Below are positions 39,560 through 50,257 of a DNA stretch of 56,249 nucleotides, piece after piece (within the stretch, counting starts at the first letter, position 1; the number at the start of each line of letters is the position of its first letter). Source of the stretch: an uncultured Flavobacteriales bacterium. Its GTDB lineage: Bacteria > Bacteroidota > Bacteroidia > Flavobacteriales_D > Parvicellaceae. Position numbers and translations under genes: made by a program. The DNA lies in assembly GCA_964430245.1 (NCBI GenBank), contig CAYSEW010000004.1:97115-153363 (forward strand), written 5' to 3'. The notes under the pieces were generated by a model. That model was not told the origin of the DNA, ran no database searches, and saw only the letters and a program-made list of their open reading frames with translations.

Positions 39560-41931
39560 TCCTTAATTAGGATCTTCAATTCTGACCTACGGTTTTGCTT
39601 ATGCATTTCCTCTTCACAATCCTCATCATCCTCACACATATTAAGCAATTGTGATTCACCAAATGCATTAGAAGAAATTCTTGCTTTATCAATACCATTC
39701 TTAATTAAATAGTTGACTACTCTATCCTTTCTTTTAATAGACAACTTCATATTATAATCTTCTGATGCAGTTGAACTAGCATGCCCATGAACCTGAATAA
39801 GTGCTTTATTATTTTCCTTTAACGAAACAATCATCGAATCTAAAACTGAATAATACAATTCATCTATATCCGAACCATTCTTAGGGTAATAGATAATGAA
39901 ATTCTCGATATGTATCTTAGTTTCATTGACTACAATCTCAGTAGTATCAAGATCCTCTACTTTAGTAGTATGATACTTAGAGGCTACCATTCTTTTATAT
40001 ACGAACATTCCAAATTCATCCTTTTCTAAAATGATCATTACATCGTTCAACCTATTAACAATTTCCAATTTAACATCACTTTTAAAATAAGGAGATGATT
40101 CATCTAATTTTATTATCAATTCTTCTAGTAGAGGCAAATCATCATACCTGAAATAGAATGTTGAATCTGCATTACAATTCATTAAAAGATCACCTTTATT
40201 ATCTAAAATCTCAAATTGTAATTCTTCATCTATTCCATCTAGGGATTCAAAAACAAAATTCCCAGCAAGCATCATTCTCTCTTTCTTAAATTTTAAATTT
40301 ATTTCATCTTCTGTTAACAAACTAATATTTGAATCATAATCCGCATCTAATAATCGATAAGAAAATTCACCATTAGCATCATTAGTAAGTGTAGCCATTA
40401 CGTGATCAACATTATTGAAGATAATCAAGTTCATGTCTTCAGTACCTTCATCAACTTTAATTAAAAGATTCTTATCTGTAGAAAGCAGTTCAAATTTAAA
40501 GTTCCCATATTCATCTGTTTTAGTTTCCATTACTATATTACCATCTTCATCAATAAGATAAACTTTCATTTCATCTGGGTGTCCCTCCATCCTCTGGTAT
40601 TGTAATTGACCATTCAACTCATACAGTCCTGTATTAAGATCTATATCACTTTCATCCATTAAAGAAAGAACACTTGCACCTTCAAAAGATAATTTCCTGA
40701 AAACAAATTCACCAAATTCACCATTTTCATCAGAAGTTAACAAAGCATTGCCATCACCTTTAAATAAAGACAAAACAACATCACCTTCTTCGTTCACTTT
40801 TATCGTATATTTCTCACCTTCTGGAAGATAATCAAATACAAAATTCCCATCTTTATCCGTTTTTGTAACAGCAACAATTTCCCCATCTTCATCCAAAAGC
40901 ATCACTTCCATGTTTTCTGGATGGCCTTCAAGCCGCGTGTACTCAAATTGGCCTTTAATGTCATAATAATTAGTTTGAACAATAGCTTTTTCAATTAAAT
41001 TAAAACTATATATATCATCTCCCCCTATTCCATTTTCTCTATTAGAAGTGAAATATCCAGATTTACCATCTGGATTAAAAACCATACTGAATTCATCCAT
41101 TGCAGTATTGATAGATGGTCCTAAATTGACTGGAGAACCCCATTTCCCATTTACAAATTCTGAAACAAATAAATCGAGACCTCCATAGCTATCAAAACCA
41201 GTAGATGAAAAATACATTTTATTTCCCTTAATTGTTGGGAACATATCATTACCATTACTATTTAACGTTTCTACAACCACTGGTTCTGACCAGCCTTCAG
41301 TATTTCTTTTAGACATGAATATATTTATACCTTCATAATTACAAGGCATATTAGAAACAAAATAAATTGATTGACCATCTGGAGAATAAGTTGGTTGAGA
41401 ATATGAATATTGCAAATCAGAAAAACTTAATTTTTCTTTTTTGAAAATCCTACCATCCAATATCTGAATTGAAAATAGTTGTGGATTATATACTTTAGCT
41501 CTTTTGGATGATTTTTTAACAACTTCAGAAAAGATAGCTTCTGAACCATCACTATTAAAAGCTATCGGCCCTACATGTGCATCACTAATTAATAGCCTAT
41601 TAAATATCTTAGGATGATTAAAAACAACTGAATCTGTTCTATAGCTTTTAACCTCAACTTTAAAAAGGTTGATATTTTTAATATGATCCCAATTGGCTTC
41701 TCCAAGTGTATTATAATCCCATTCTCTATCAGATGCAAAAACCAATTCTGTATTATACCAAACAGGGCTAAATTCTGTATACTTTGAATTTAAACCATAC
41801 ACTTTATTGACTACATATTCTTTTTCCACCCTAATTGAGTCATCCAACTGATTGGCACTAAAGCCACCTTTTGTAATACAGACCATAAGTAAGATCTGAA
41901 AATAAACCTGATATTTAATGACTTTATTCAT
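39556..41931 (-). CDS. OmpA-family protein with N-terminal TolB-like beta-propeller repeats and two CarboxypepD_reg-like beta-sandwich repeats
   Basis: PD40-like segments are present (YSPDGQSIYFVSN). The unit ...RLEGHPENMEVMLLDEDGEIVAVTKTDKDGNFVFDY... is duplicated. The C-terminal OmpA_C is LIQVHGHASS...NRRSELKILIKD. Its start codon overlaps the PorP/SprF stop by 1 nt (TAATG). Confidence 0.8.
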   Translation of the reverse strand: MNKVIKYQVYFQILLMVCITKGGFSANQLDDSIRVEKEYVVNKVYGLNSKYTEFSPVWYNTELVFASDREWDYNTLGEANWDHIKNINLFKVEVKSYRTDSVVFNHPKIFNRLLISDAHVGPIAFNSDGSEAIFSEVVKKSSKRAKVYNPQLFSIQILDGRIFKKEKLSFSDLQYSYSQPTYSPDGQSIYFVSNMPCNYEGINIFMSKRNTEGWSEPVVVETLNSNGNDMFPTIKGNKMYFSSTGFDSYGGLDLFVSEFVNGKWGSPVNLGPSINTAMDEFSMVFNPDGKSGYFTSNRENGIGGDDIYSFNLIEKAIVQTNYYDIKGQFEYTRLEGHPENMEVMLLDEDGEIVAVTKTDKDGNFVFDYLPEGEKYTIKVNEEGDVVLSLFKGDGNALLTSDENGEFGEFVFRKLSFEGASVLSLMDESDIDLNTGLYELNGQLQYQRMEGHPDEMKVYLIDEDGNIVMETKTDEYGNFKFELLSTDKNLLIKVDEGTEDMNLIIFNNVDHVMATLTNDANGEFSYRLLDADYDSNISLLTEDEINLKFKKERMMLAGNFVFESLDGIDEELQFEILDNKGDLLMNCNADSTFYFRYDDLPLLEELIIKLDESSPYFKSDVKLEIVNRLNDVMIILEKDEFGMFVYKRMVASKYHTTKVEDLDTTEIVVNETKIHIENFIIYYPKNGSDIDELYYSVLDSMIVSLKENNKALIQVHGHASSTASEDYNMKLSIKRKDRVVNYLIKNGIDKARISSNAFGESQLLNMCEDDEDCEEEMHKQNRRSELKILIKD

Positions 41932-42848
41932 TATAGGTATCTAGGAGATAAAGATTTATTTTTCTTAATGTTTAAATCACATCCAATAAATACTTCGTGA
42001 GTACCTGTATTATATCTTCTTAATTTACTTAGGTCAAAATCATGACTATAACCGATTCTAATGAAATCACTTATATTATATTCTGTAATTAGCACTAGAT
42101 TTTTACTAGATCTGTAGCTAAATCCTAACCAAAGAGTTTTATTAAATAGAATACTAGCATTTAAATCATAATTAATAGGCATTTTTGAAACATACCTTAC
42201 AAATAAAGATGGCTTAAATACCAAATTATCACTAAAAACAACTACTCCTCCTGTTGCTAATGTAAAGTGACGATCTAAATCAAATTGTGTCTGACCATTT
42301 TGAAAATTTTCTGTTTGTCCTATTAAATGATTGACACTTAAACCTGAATAAAACCCTGATGTATAATAATAAACCCCAAAATCAAAATTAGGAGTGACCA
42401 TTTGTAAAACCCCTCCTGTATTATGGACATCATTATTATCATAAAAGTTAAGCATGTCATTTTTTAAAGAAGTTGAAATCACCCCCCCCCTTAAACCAAA
42501 TGAAATTTTACCTTTAGATGTCTTTAAATGATAAGCATAAGTACCCATGATTGAGGCTGTTTCAGATGGCCCAATTTCATCAATAATAAAATTCATTCCT
42601 AATGCCATATTCCTACCTGAAAATGGACTATGAATTGAGAAATTCATAGTATTAGGAGCTCCATCCAAACCTACCCATTGGCTTCTATATAATAATACAC
42701 TACTTAAAGAATTTCTAGAACCAGCATAAGCTGGATTAATAGTAAATTGATTAAACATATATTGACTATATAAAGCATCTTGTTGGGCAGTTATATTAGT
42801 TGCCAATGACAACAACAGAAGCATCAATATGTTTTTAATCTTCTTCAT
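41931..42848 (-). CDS. T9SS PorP/SprF-family outer-membrane protein
   Basis: There is a signal peptide. The family N-terminal motif QQDALYSQYMFNQFTINPAYAG is present. The C-terminal SPRYL is a beta-barrel terminus. It contains a G9 homopolymer (plus-strand C9 at 42482-42490). Confidence 0.85.
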   Translation of the reverse strand: MKKIKNILMLLLLSLATNITAQQDALYSQYMFNQFTINPAYAGSRNSLSSVLLYRSQWVGLDGAPNTMNFSIHSPFSGRNMALGMNFIIDEIGPSETASIMGTYAYHLKTSKGKISFGLRGGVISTSLKNDMLNFYDNNDVHNTGGVLQMVTPNFDFGVYYYTSGFYSGLSVNHLIGQTENFQNGQTQFDLDRHFTLATGGVVVFSDNLVFKPSLFVRYVSKMPINYDLNASILFNKTLWLGFSYRSSKNLVLITEYNISDFIRIGYSHDFDLSKLRRYNTGTHEVFIGCDLNIKKNKSLSPRYL

Positions 42849-43074
42849 TTAAAATTCAAATATCGAATTTATTATTTTAATTGATAACAAAGAAACCTAA
42901 ATATGTAAATTTTTCAACTAAAAATTAGTTTGCACATAAAATATATTAAACTTCCTCAAGTTAGATCTAACATTAAATTTTGACTAAAATTAAAAGCACT
43001 TAATATACATCAGTTTATATTTGTATTTTATTAACTTTGCGGGAATTTATTTGGAACCCAATGAAATTCAAAAC

Positions 43075-44547
43075 ATGTCACTAAATTCCTCAAAATTTAT
43101 TGGTGAAGGCTTAACATATGACGATGTACTATTAGTACCGGCTTATTCTGAAACCCTTCCTAGAGAAGTATCTCTTGATACACATTTTACAAAAAACATC
43201 ACTTTAAAAACCCCTATTGTATCTGCTGCTATGGATACGGTAACTGAAAACGCTTTAGCTATTTCAATTGCACAACAAGGAGGGATTGGAGTGATACATA
43301 AAAACATGTCAATTGATTCCCAATCACAGGAAGTAAGAAAAGTAAAAAGATCTGAAAGTGGGATGATACTAGACCCAATAACTCTTTCTGAAAACGCAAA
43401 ACTTTCTGATGCATTAAACCTAATGTCAGAAAATAAAATTGGAGGAATTCCAGTTACTAACACCAATAATGAATTAACTGGGATCATTACTAATAGAGAC
43501 CTTAGATTTGAAAAAGATCTTGATAGAATCGTTTCTGATGTCATGACATCTAAAAATCTAATTACTGCTAATGACAACGTTGATTTATTAAAAGCAGAAG
43601 ATATACTCCAAAGACATAAAATAGAAAAACTACCCGTTGTTGATGAAAAAAATAAATTGATTGGGTTAATCACTTTTAGAGATATTATTAAAGTAAAAGA
43701 ACACCCAAATAGCTGCAAAGATGAATTTGGAAGATTAAGAGTAGCTGCTGCAGTAGGTGTAACAATGGATACTAAGGAAAGGATTGCCTCATTAGTAAAA
43801 GCTGGAGTTGACGCTATTGTTATTGACACTGCTCACGGTCATTCTAAAGGAGTAATAGATGTCCTGAAAGATGTCAAAAACAGCTTTAAAGGCCTTAATG
43901 TAGTTGTAGGCAACATAGCAACTGCTGATGCGGCAATTGCACTAGCTGACGCAGGGGCTGATGCAATTAAAGTAGGAATTGGTCCTGGATCAATTTGCAC
44001 TACAAGAGTAATTGCTGGTGTTGGTTATCCACAACTATCAGCAATTTTAAATGTTTCTCAAGCTCTCAAAAAAAGAAAAATTCCCATTATTGCTGATGGT
44101 GGAATAAGATTCACGGGAGATATCCCTAAGGCAATTGCAGCAGGAGCAGATAGCGTAATGATGGGGTCGATGTTTGCTGGCACAGAAGAATCTCCAGGAG
44201 AAACAATCATTTTCGAAGGGAGAAAGTTTAAATCCTATAGAGGAATGGGATCATTAGAAGCTATGCAAAAAGGGTCTAAGGACAGGTATTTTCAAGACAC
44301 TGAAGATGATTTAAAAAAATTAGTCCCTGAAGGTATCTCAGCGCGTGTCCCTTTTAAAGGAAAACTTCAAGAAGTAATGCATCAATTAATTGGTGGACTA
44401 AGAGCTGGCATGGGATATTGTGGTGCGAAAGATATTAAAGCCCTTCAAAATTCAAAATTCATAAGAATAACTAATTCTGGAATTAAAGAATCTCACCCTC
44501 ACGATGTCACTATAACAAGAGAAGCTCCTAATTACAACCTTAGATAA
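43075..44547 (+). CDS. guaB: inosine-5'-monophosphate dehydrogenase
   Basis: N-terminus [19 protein letters not shown] pair is present. The catalytic loop is [47 protein letters not shown] is present. The track start at 43021 is a TTG, and the in-frame ATG at 43075 is preferred. Confidence 0.92.
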   Translation: MSLNSSKFIGEGLTYDDVLLVPAYSETLPREVSLDTHFTKNITLKTPIVSAAMDTVTENALAISIAQQGGIGVIHKNMSIDSQSQEVRKVKRSESGMILDPITLSENAKLSDALNLMSENKIGGIPVTNTNNELTGIITNRDLRFEKDLDRIVSDVMTSKNLITANDNVDLLKAEDILQRHKIEKLPVVDEKNKLIGLITFRDIIKVKEHPNSCKDEFGRLRVAAAVGVTMDTKERIASLVKAGVDAIVIDTAHGHSKGVIDVLKDVKNSFKGLNVVVGNIATADAAIALADAGADAIKVGIGPGSICTTRVIAGVGYPQLSAILNVSQALKKRKIPIIADGGIRFTGDIPKAIAAGADSVMMGSMFAGTEESPGETIIFEGRKFKSYRGMGSLEAMQKGSKDRYFQDTEDDLKKLVPEGISARVPFKGKLQEVMHQLIGGLRAGMGYCGAKDIKALQNSKFIRITNSGIKESHPHDVTITREAPNYNLR

Positions 44548-44575
44548 ATTATATAACCTTAAAAACAATCTTAAG

Positions 44576-46531
44576 ATGAGAAAATCTATCCTTATTTGTT
44601 TATTCATTTCATTCTTAACACCTAATATGTTTTTTACACAACAAGATGAAATCTTAATGACAGTAAATGGAAATCCTGTTTATAAATCTGAATTTGAACA
44701 AATCTATTGGAAAAATAAAAAAGAAACCATTGCTACCAAGGATGATTTAAATGAATACATTGAATTATTTAAAAATTTTAAGCTGAAAGTCACAGCGGCT
44801 GAAGCAAAGGGCCTAGACACTCTTAAAAAATTCATTAAAGAACTAAATGGCTATAAAGTACAATTAGAAAAACCCTATTTAACTGATACTACCATTAATG
44901 AAGAATTGATTCGTGAAGCATACGAGAGAACTATTAATGAGATAAAAGCAAGTCACATTTTAATAAAAATCAACTCCGAAGACCCTAAAGATACATTAGC
45001 TGCCTATAAACAAATAATAACGATTAGAAATAAAATAGTAAATGAAGGCCTCGACTTTAATGAAGCAGCAGTAAAATATTCTAATGATGAATCCGCTCAA
45101 AAAAATCAAGGAAATTTAGGTTTTTTTGGAGCATTTAAAATGGTCTATAATTTTGAAACAGCATGCTACAATACAAAATTAAATGAGATTTCAATGCCCT
45201 TTAGAACCCGCTTTGGCTATCATATTGTTAAAATCCACAAGCATAGGGAAAATAGAGGCAAAATTAAAGTTGCTCATATTATGGTAGCCGTCAAAGAAAA
45301 TGACGACAAAAGAACAGATGATAATAAATGGCAAAAAATTCAAGAATTACATCAAAAACTTAAGAATGGAGAATCCTTTAAAGAATTAGCCCAAGAATAT
45401 TCTGATGACAGACAATCTGCAAGAAAAGGTGGAGAATTAGATTGGATCCAGTCCTCAGGAAATTATTACAAAGAATTTGAAACTGCTGTTTTCTCATTAA
45501 AAGAGGATAATGAAATATCTGAACCTTTCCTTACACCCGCTGGATGGCACATAGTTAAACGAATTAAACACATACCCATTGGAGATATTAATAGCTTAAA
45601 AAGTGAAATTAATAATAAAATTCAACGATATGGAAGATCAGATATTTCAAAAAAAATATTTATAGAATCACTTAAAAAAGAATACAATTATAAAAGCTAC
45701 CCTAAAAGTCTAAATGCAGTAATCAATTTAGTAACTCATAAAGGTTTTGACAGAGAAATGATCTTAGAAAATGAAAAAAACCTTCAAGAGACCCTATTTG
45801 AATTTTCAAACAATGAGTTTAAACAAAGTGATTTTGCTTCTTTTATTCTTCGATCAAATTTAAAGGAAGTGTTGAATTTCGATAACTTTATTAATGATCG
45901 CTTAAACAAATTTGTAAATAAAAAAATCATTGCATACGAAAAAACTCAGCTTGAAAGAAAGTATCCAGAATTTAAAGGATTACTTAAAGAATACAGAGAT
46001 GGAATATTATTATTTGAGATTTCTGATCAAATGATTTGGACTAAGGCAATTAAAGATACTTCTGGATTGAAATCATTTTATGCATTGAATAAAGATCAAT
46101 GGCAATGGGATGAGCGTGCAGATGTTGAGATCTTCAGCTCAAACAATAAAAAGATCATTAAAAAAGCCTACAAATTAAAAAAGAAAGGGAAATTAAAAAA
46201 TGATTCTATTATTAATTTCCTCAACAATGATTCACAATTAAATTTACAATTTAATGAAGGAAAAAAGGCTATTTCAACTGATCCAGTACTAAAAACCAAT
46301 GAATGGAACACCGGTTTAAACAAGCCAAAATTAATTGACAATAAATACTGTTTTGTTTACATAAAAAACATGATTCCAGCAGGACCTAAAAAATTAAATG
46401 AAGCTGAAGGCACGATTACTGCTGCTTACCAACAATACTTAGAAAAAAAATGGCTAAAAGAATTATCTGAACTATACAATATTGAAGTAAACTATGATGT
46501 ACTTTATAGTATTAGCACTAAACCTAATTAA
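44576..46531 (+). CDS. peptidyl-prolyl cis-trans isomerase, parvulin (PpiC) type with chaperone-like extensions
   Basis: There is a signal peptide. There are two rotamase-like segments (ASHILIKI..., FGYHIVKI / GWHIVKRI). Confidence 0.75.
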   Translation: MRKSILICLFISFLTPNMFFTQQDEILMTVNGNPVYKSEFEQIYWKNKKETIATKDDLNEYIELFKNFKLKVTAAEAKGLDTLKKFIKELNGYKVQLEKPYLTDTTINEELIREAYERTINEIKASHILIKINSEDPKDTLAAYKQIITIRNKIVNEGLDFNEAAVKYSNDESAQKNQGNLGFFGAFKMVYNFETACYNTKLNEISMPFRTRFGYHIVKIHKHRENRGKIKVAHIMVAVKENDDKRTDDNKWQKIQELHQKLKNGESFKELAQEYSDDRQSARKGGELDWIQSSGNYYKEFETAVFSLKEDNEISEPFLTPAGWHIVKRIKHIPIGDINSLKSEINNKIQRYGRSDISKKIFIESLKKEYNYKSYPKSLNAVINLVTHKGFDREMILENEKNLQETLFEFSNNEFKQSDFASFILRSNLKEVLNFDNFINDRLNKFVNKKIIAYEKTQLERKYPEFKGLLKEYRDGILLFEISDQMIWTKAIKDTSGLKSFYALNKDQWQWDERADVEIFSSNNKKIIKKAYKLKKKGKLKNDSIINFLNNDSQLNLQFNEGKKAISTDPVLKTNEWNTGLNKPKLIDNKYCFVYIKNMIPAGPKKLNEAEGTITAAYQQYLEKKWLKELSELYNIEVNYDVLYSISTKPN

Positions 46532-47386
46532 TTGAAATATATAGTATATATATCCATTCTAATATTATTTCTAATTTCATGCAGCGATGAGAATCACCAA
46601 AACAATAGAAAAAAAGTAGTTAGTGTCAATGGAACTATACTATATGAAAATGAATTAATAAATGATATTCCTTCAGGTCTTATAGAAGAAGACAGTATTA
46701 ACTTCATCAATCAATACATCAATAATTGGATCAAAGATCAGCTAGTCTTAAAAAAAGCTGAAGATCTCCTTCCTGAGCATGTTAAGAACATTAATAATAA
46801 AGTAAAAAAATACCGCAACTCATTAATTACATATGAATACGAACAGATCTATATCAAAAAAAGGTTAGACACTATTATAAATGATGAAGAAATAGAGGGC
46901 TATTACAATGATCATTCAGATGATTTTATATTAAAAGATTACATAGTAAAATGCATGTATCTTAAAATAAATAAAAACGCACCTGATCAAAAAAATCTAA
47001 AAACATCTTACCTATTAAATAATGAAGAGGATGAGCTATTCTTAAGAACCTATTCATTAAAGCATGCCATTGAATTTTATTACAATAATGAGGAATGGGT
47101 ATATTTTGATGAAATCTTAAAAAAAATTCCTTTACAAGATTTCAATAAAAAAAAATTCATTCAAAAAAAGAAAAAACTAACCTTTGAAGAAGACAGCTTC
47201 ATTTATTACATTAATATTTATGATTTTAGATTGGAAGATGGCGTTTCACCATTAAGTTTTGAAAAAGAAAAAATAAGAAGTATTATACTAAACATGAGGT
47301 CAACTGAGTTAAGAAAAAAACTAAAAGCTGATTTATACAACGATGCCTTAAAAAATAAATCAATTGAATACTACAAAAATGATTAA
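46532..47386 (+). CDS. hypothetical lipoprotein, possibly a SurA-N-like chaperone domain protein
   Basis: There is a signal peptide ending LISCSD. It is Lys/Glu-rich and sits between two parvulin genes. The 3' end overlaps the next gene by 23 nt. Confidence 0.5.
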   Translation: MKYIVYISILILFLISCSDENHQNNRKKVVSVNGTILYENELINDIPSGLIEEDSINFINQYINNWIKDQLVLKKAEDLLPEHVKNINNKVKKYRNSLITYEYEQIYIKKRLDTIINDEEIEGYYNDHSDDFILKDYIVKCMYLKINKNAPDQKNLKTSYLLNNEEDELFLRTYSLKHAIEFYYNNEEWVYFDEILKKIPLQDFNKKKFIQKKKKLTFEEDSFIYYINIYDFRLEDGVSPLSFEKEKIRSIILNMRSTELRKKLKADLYNDALKNKSIEYYKND

Positions 47387-48722
47387 ATACACCTTTAATA
47401 TAATTTTCTTAATCTTATCCTTTAATCACTTTTATTCACAAAAAGTAATAGATAAAATCGTTGCAGTAGTTGGAGAAAAAGCTATTTTACTTTCAGATAT
47501 TGAAAATCAAAAAATTCAAGCTATTCAACAAGGCATACAAATTGATGATGAAACTGACTGTATGATTCTCAATGAGATCATGTTTCAAAATCTACTAATT
47601 CATCAAGCTGAGATTGACAGTGTAGAAGTTACTGAAGATATGGTAAAAACTGAATTAGAACAAAGAATCCAATATTTTGCAGCTCAAATAGGAGGAATAG
47701 CAGAATTAGAAAAATTTTATGACAAATCTATTCAAGAAATAAAAGATGAGTTTTACGAACAGATAGAGGAAAGGATGAAAGCTCAACAAATGCAACAAGA
47801 AATTTCTGGAAACATTACTGTTTCACCTAAAGAAGTGAAAGAGTTTTTTAATTCTTTTCCAGAAGACAGTATACCGTTTATTAATAGCAAAGTACAAGTT
47901 GCCCAGTTAGTCATTGAACCTATAATTGATGAAGATCAAAAAAATAGTATTAAAAACAAATTAATAAATATTAGAGAAAGAATAATAAAAGGAGAGATCA
48001 GCTTTTCGGTTGCAGCAGAATTCTATTCTTGTGATCCTGGCACTAAAGGAAATGGCGGTAATTTTGGTTGGGTAAGTAGAGGAGATTTTGTGCCAGAATT
48101 TGATGCTGTAGCTTTCAATATACCAATCAATACAATCTCTGAAGTTTTTGAAAGTCCTTATGGTTTTCATATTACTAAAATTGAAAAAAGAAGAGGAGAG
48201 GAATATTATGGATCTCATATATTATTATGCAATGAAGTTAGTGAAACTCAATTAGCAGATATAAAAAAGAAAACACAAGATATAAGAGAAGAAATAATGG
48301 CTGAGAACATCACTTGGGAAGATGCTGTAAAAAAGTATTCAACAGATGATAAAACCAAAGGATCTAATGGAATAATTTTCAATGAAGCATCTGGGTCTAT
48401 GTATTGGGATATGCAAGAAATTGACAAGCAAATATTTTTAGGAATTAAGGATCTTAAAGTAGGACAGATCAGCGATCCTGTATACATGGAAACTCTAAGT
48501 GGAGATCACGCCTATAGACTTTTAAATCTACAACTACAAACCGAACCTCATAAAGCCAATTTAAAAGACGATTATCAGATGATTCAGTCCTATGCATTAT
48601 CTGCCAAACAAATTGATGTTATTTCTGAATGGGTGAATAAAAAAATAAGCACTACTCATATAAAAATAGATGATGACTATTTAAATTGTCAGTTCAACTA
48701 TAACTGGAAAAGTCAACCTTAA
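47364..48722 (+). CDS. SurA-like periplasmic chaperone / parvulin-type peptidyl-prolyl isomerase
   Basis: There is a signal peptide. The SurA_N-like region is KIVAVVGEKAILLSDIENQ. The parvulin domains are GNFGWVSRGDFVPEFDAVAFN and YGFHITKIE. Confidence 0.75.
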   Translation: MNTTKMIKYTFNIIFLILSFNHFYSQKVIDKIVAVVGEKAILLSDIENQKIQAIQQGIQIDDETDCMILNEIMFQNLLIHQAEIDSVEVTEDMVKTELEQRIQYFAAQIGGIAELEKFYDKSIQEIKDEFYEQIEERMKAQQMQQEISGNITVSPKEVKEFFNSFPEDSIPFINSKVQVAQLVIEPIIDEDQKNSIKNKLINIRERIIKGEISFSVAAEFYSCDPGTKGNGGNFGWVSRGDFVPEFDAVAFNIPINTISEVFESPYGFHITKIEKRRGEEYYGSHILLCNEVSETQLADIKKKTQDIREEIMAENITWEDAVKKYSTDDKTKGSNGIIFNEASGSMYWDMQEIDKQIFLGIKDLKVGQISDPVYMETLSGDHAYRLLNLQLQTEPHKANLKDDYQMIQSYALSAKQIDVISEWVNKKISTTHIKIDDDYLNCQFNYNWKSQP

Positions 48723-48767
48723 AAATTAATTCTTATAATCTTAATTTGATTAAAGAATTCTAAGAAT

Positions 48768-50246
48768 ATGGAAAAATATATTATTTCAATTGACCAAGGA
48801 ACTACTAGTTGTAGAACAATATTATTTAACAAAGAAGGTCAAATAGTTGACTTTGAACAAAAAGAGTTCAAACAAATACTTCCAAAAAAAGGTTGGGTAG
48901 AACATGATCCTATTGAAATTTGGGAAACACAGCTAAATACTCTTAAAGATCTTTTAAAAAAAAACAACCTATCAAATTCTCAAATAGATTCAATTGGAAT
49001 TACTAACCAAAGAGAAACAACAGTTCTATGGGATAAAAAAACAGGAAAACCTGTATATAACGCAATTGTCTGGCAAGATAATAGAACAATCAATTTTTGT
49101 AATGCTTTAAAAGCTGACAACAAAGAAAACCTAATTAGGTCGAAAACTGGATTGGTTTTGGATTCTTATTTCTCTGGATCAAAAATCAACTGGTTGCTAA
49201 ATAATATTCCTAATCTTGATGAGCTTATCGAAAATGATCGATTATTATTTGGAACTATTGACACATGGCTTATTTGGAATTTAACTAAAGGAGCTACACA
49301 TGCTACTGATGTTTCAAATGCATCACGAACATTGATCTTTAACATAAATAACTTATGTTGGGACGATGAACTACTTGAATTATTTAAGATTCCTAAATCT
49401 CTTCTCCCTGAAGTAAAGGAAAGTTCTGATAATTTTGGTGCTTGGGAATGGGATGGCGTTGAAATACCCATTCTAGGAGTCGCAGGTGATCAACAAGCAG
49501 CTTTATTTGGTCAATGCTGTTTTAAAAGTGGCATGGTCAAAAACACTTATGGAACAGGATGCTTTATGTTAATGAATACAGGTGAAAATCCTGTCATTAG
49601 CCAAAATGGATTATTAACAACTATTGCCTGGTCAATCAATGGTAAAGTTTTCTATGCATTAGAAGGGAGTGTATTTATAGCTGGTGCTGCAGTACAATGG
49701 CTAAGAGATAGTCTTCGTATTATAAAATCAGCTGAAGAGACTGAAGAAATGGCTAATATGAGTAATGATGATAGCGTAATATTTGTTCCTGCATTTTCTG
49801 GATTAGGTGCTCCCTATTGGAACATGCAATCTAAAGGAGCTATTTTTGGATTAACAAGAGATACTGGAATCAATGAATTATGCAAAGCCACTCTTGAATC
49901 ATTGGCGCTACAATCCAGAGATGTAATCTTAGCTATGGAAAAAGATGCAAATATTCAACTAAAAAGTTTAGCTGTTGATGGTGGAGCTTGTAAAAACGAA
50001 TACTTAATGCAATTTCAAGCAGACATACTTAACACACAAGTTAAAAAACCAAATGTAATTGAATCTACAGCTTTAGGAGCAGCCTATTTAGCAGGATTAT
50101 TCTCAGGATTTTACAACATGGATTCTTTTAAAAAGAATCATAAAATAGAAGCTACTTTTACTTCTAATATGGATGACAAAACTAGAAACGCTAAAACTGA
50201 TTTATGGGCAAATGCAATTAATAGCATCATTAACATGCACAATTAA
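48768..50246 (+). CDS. glpK: glycerol kinase
   Basis: N-terminus YIISIDQGTTSCRTILFN. FGGY family motifs are present throughout. Confidence 0.9.
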   Translation: MEKYIISIDQGTTSCRTILFNKEGQIVDFEQKEFKQILPKKGWVEHDPIEIWETQLNTLKDLLKKNNLSNSQIDSIGITNQRETTVLWDKKTGKPVYNAIVWQDNRTINFCNALKADNKENLIRSKTGLVLDSYFSGSKINWLLNNIPNLDELIENDRLLFGTIDTWLIWNLTKGATHATDVSNASRTLIFNINNLCWDDELLELFKIPKSLLPEVKESSDNFGAWEWDGVEIPILGVAGDQQAALFGQCCFKSGMVKNTYGTGCFMLMNTGENPVISQNGLLTTIAWSINGKVFYALEGSVFIAGAAVQWLRDSLRIIKSAEETEEMANMSNDDSVIFVPAFSGLGAPYWNMQSKGAIFGLTRDTGINELCKATLESLALQSRDVILAMEKDANIQLKSLAVDGGACKNEYLMQFQADILNTQVKKPNVIESTALGAAYLAGLFSGFYNMDSFKKNHKIEATFTSNMDDKTRNAKTDLWANAINSIINMHN

Positions 50247-50257
50247 AAAAAACTGGA

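Noticed and set aside
43143-43829. 228-aa ORF antisense to guaB
   Set aside because: It lies wholly inside the highly conserved IMP dehydrogenase coding region on the opposite strand. Its low-complexity Ser/Thr/Leu-rich translation is typical of the antisense frame of an AT-rich gene. No independent support.
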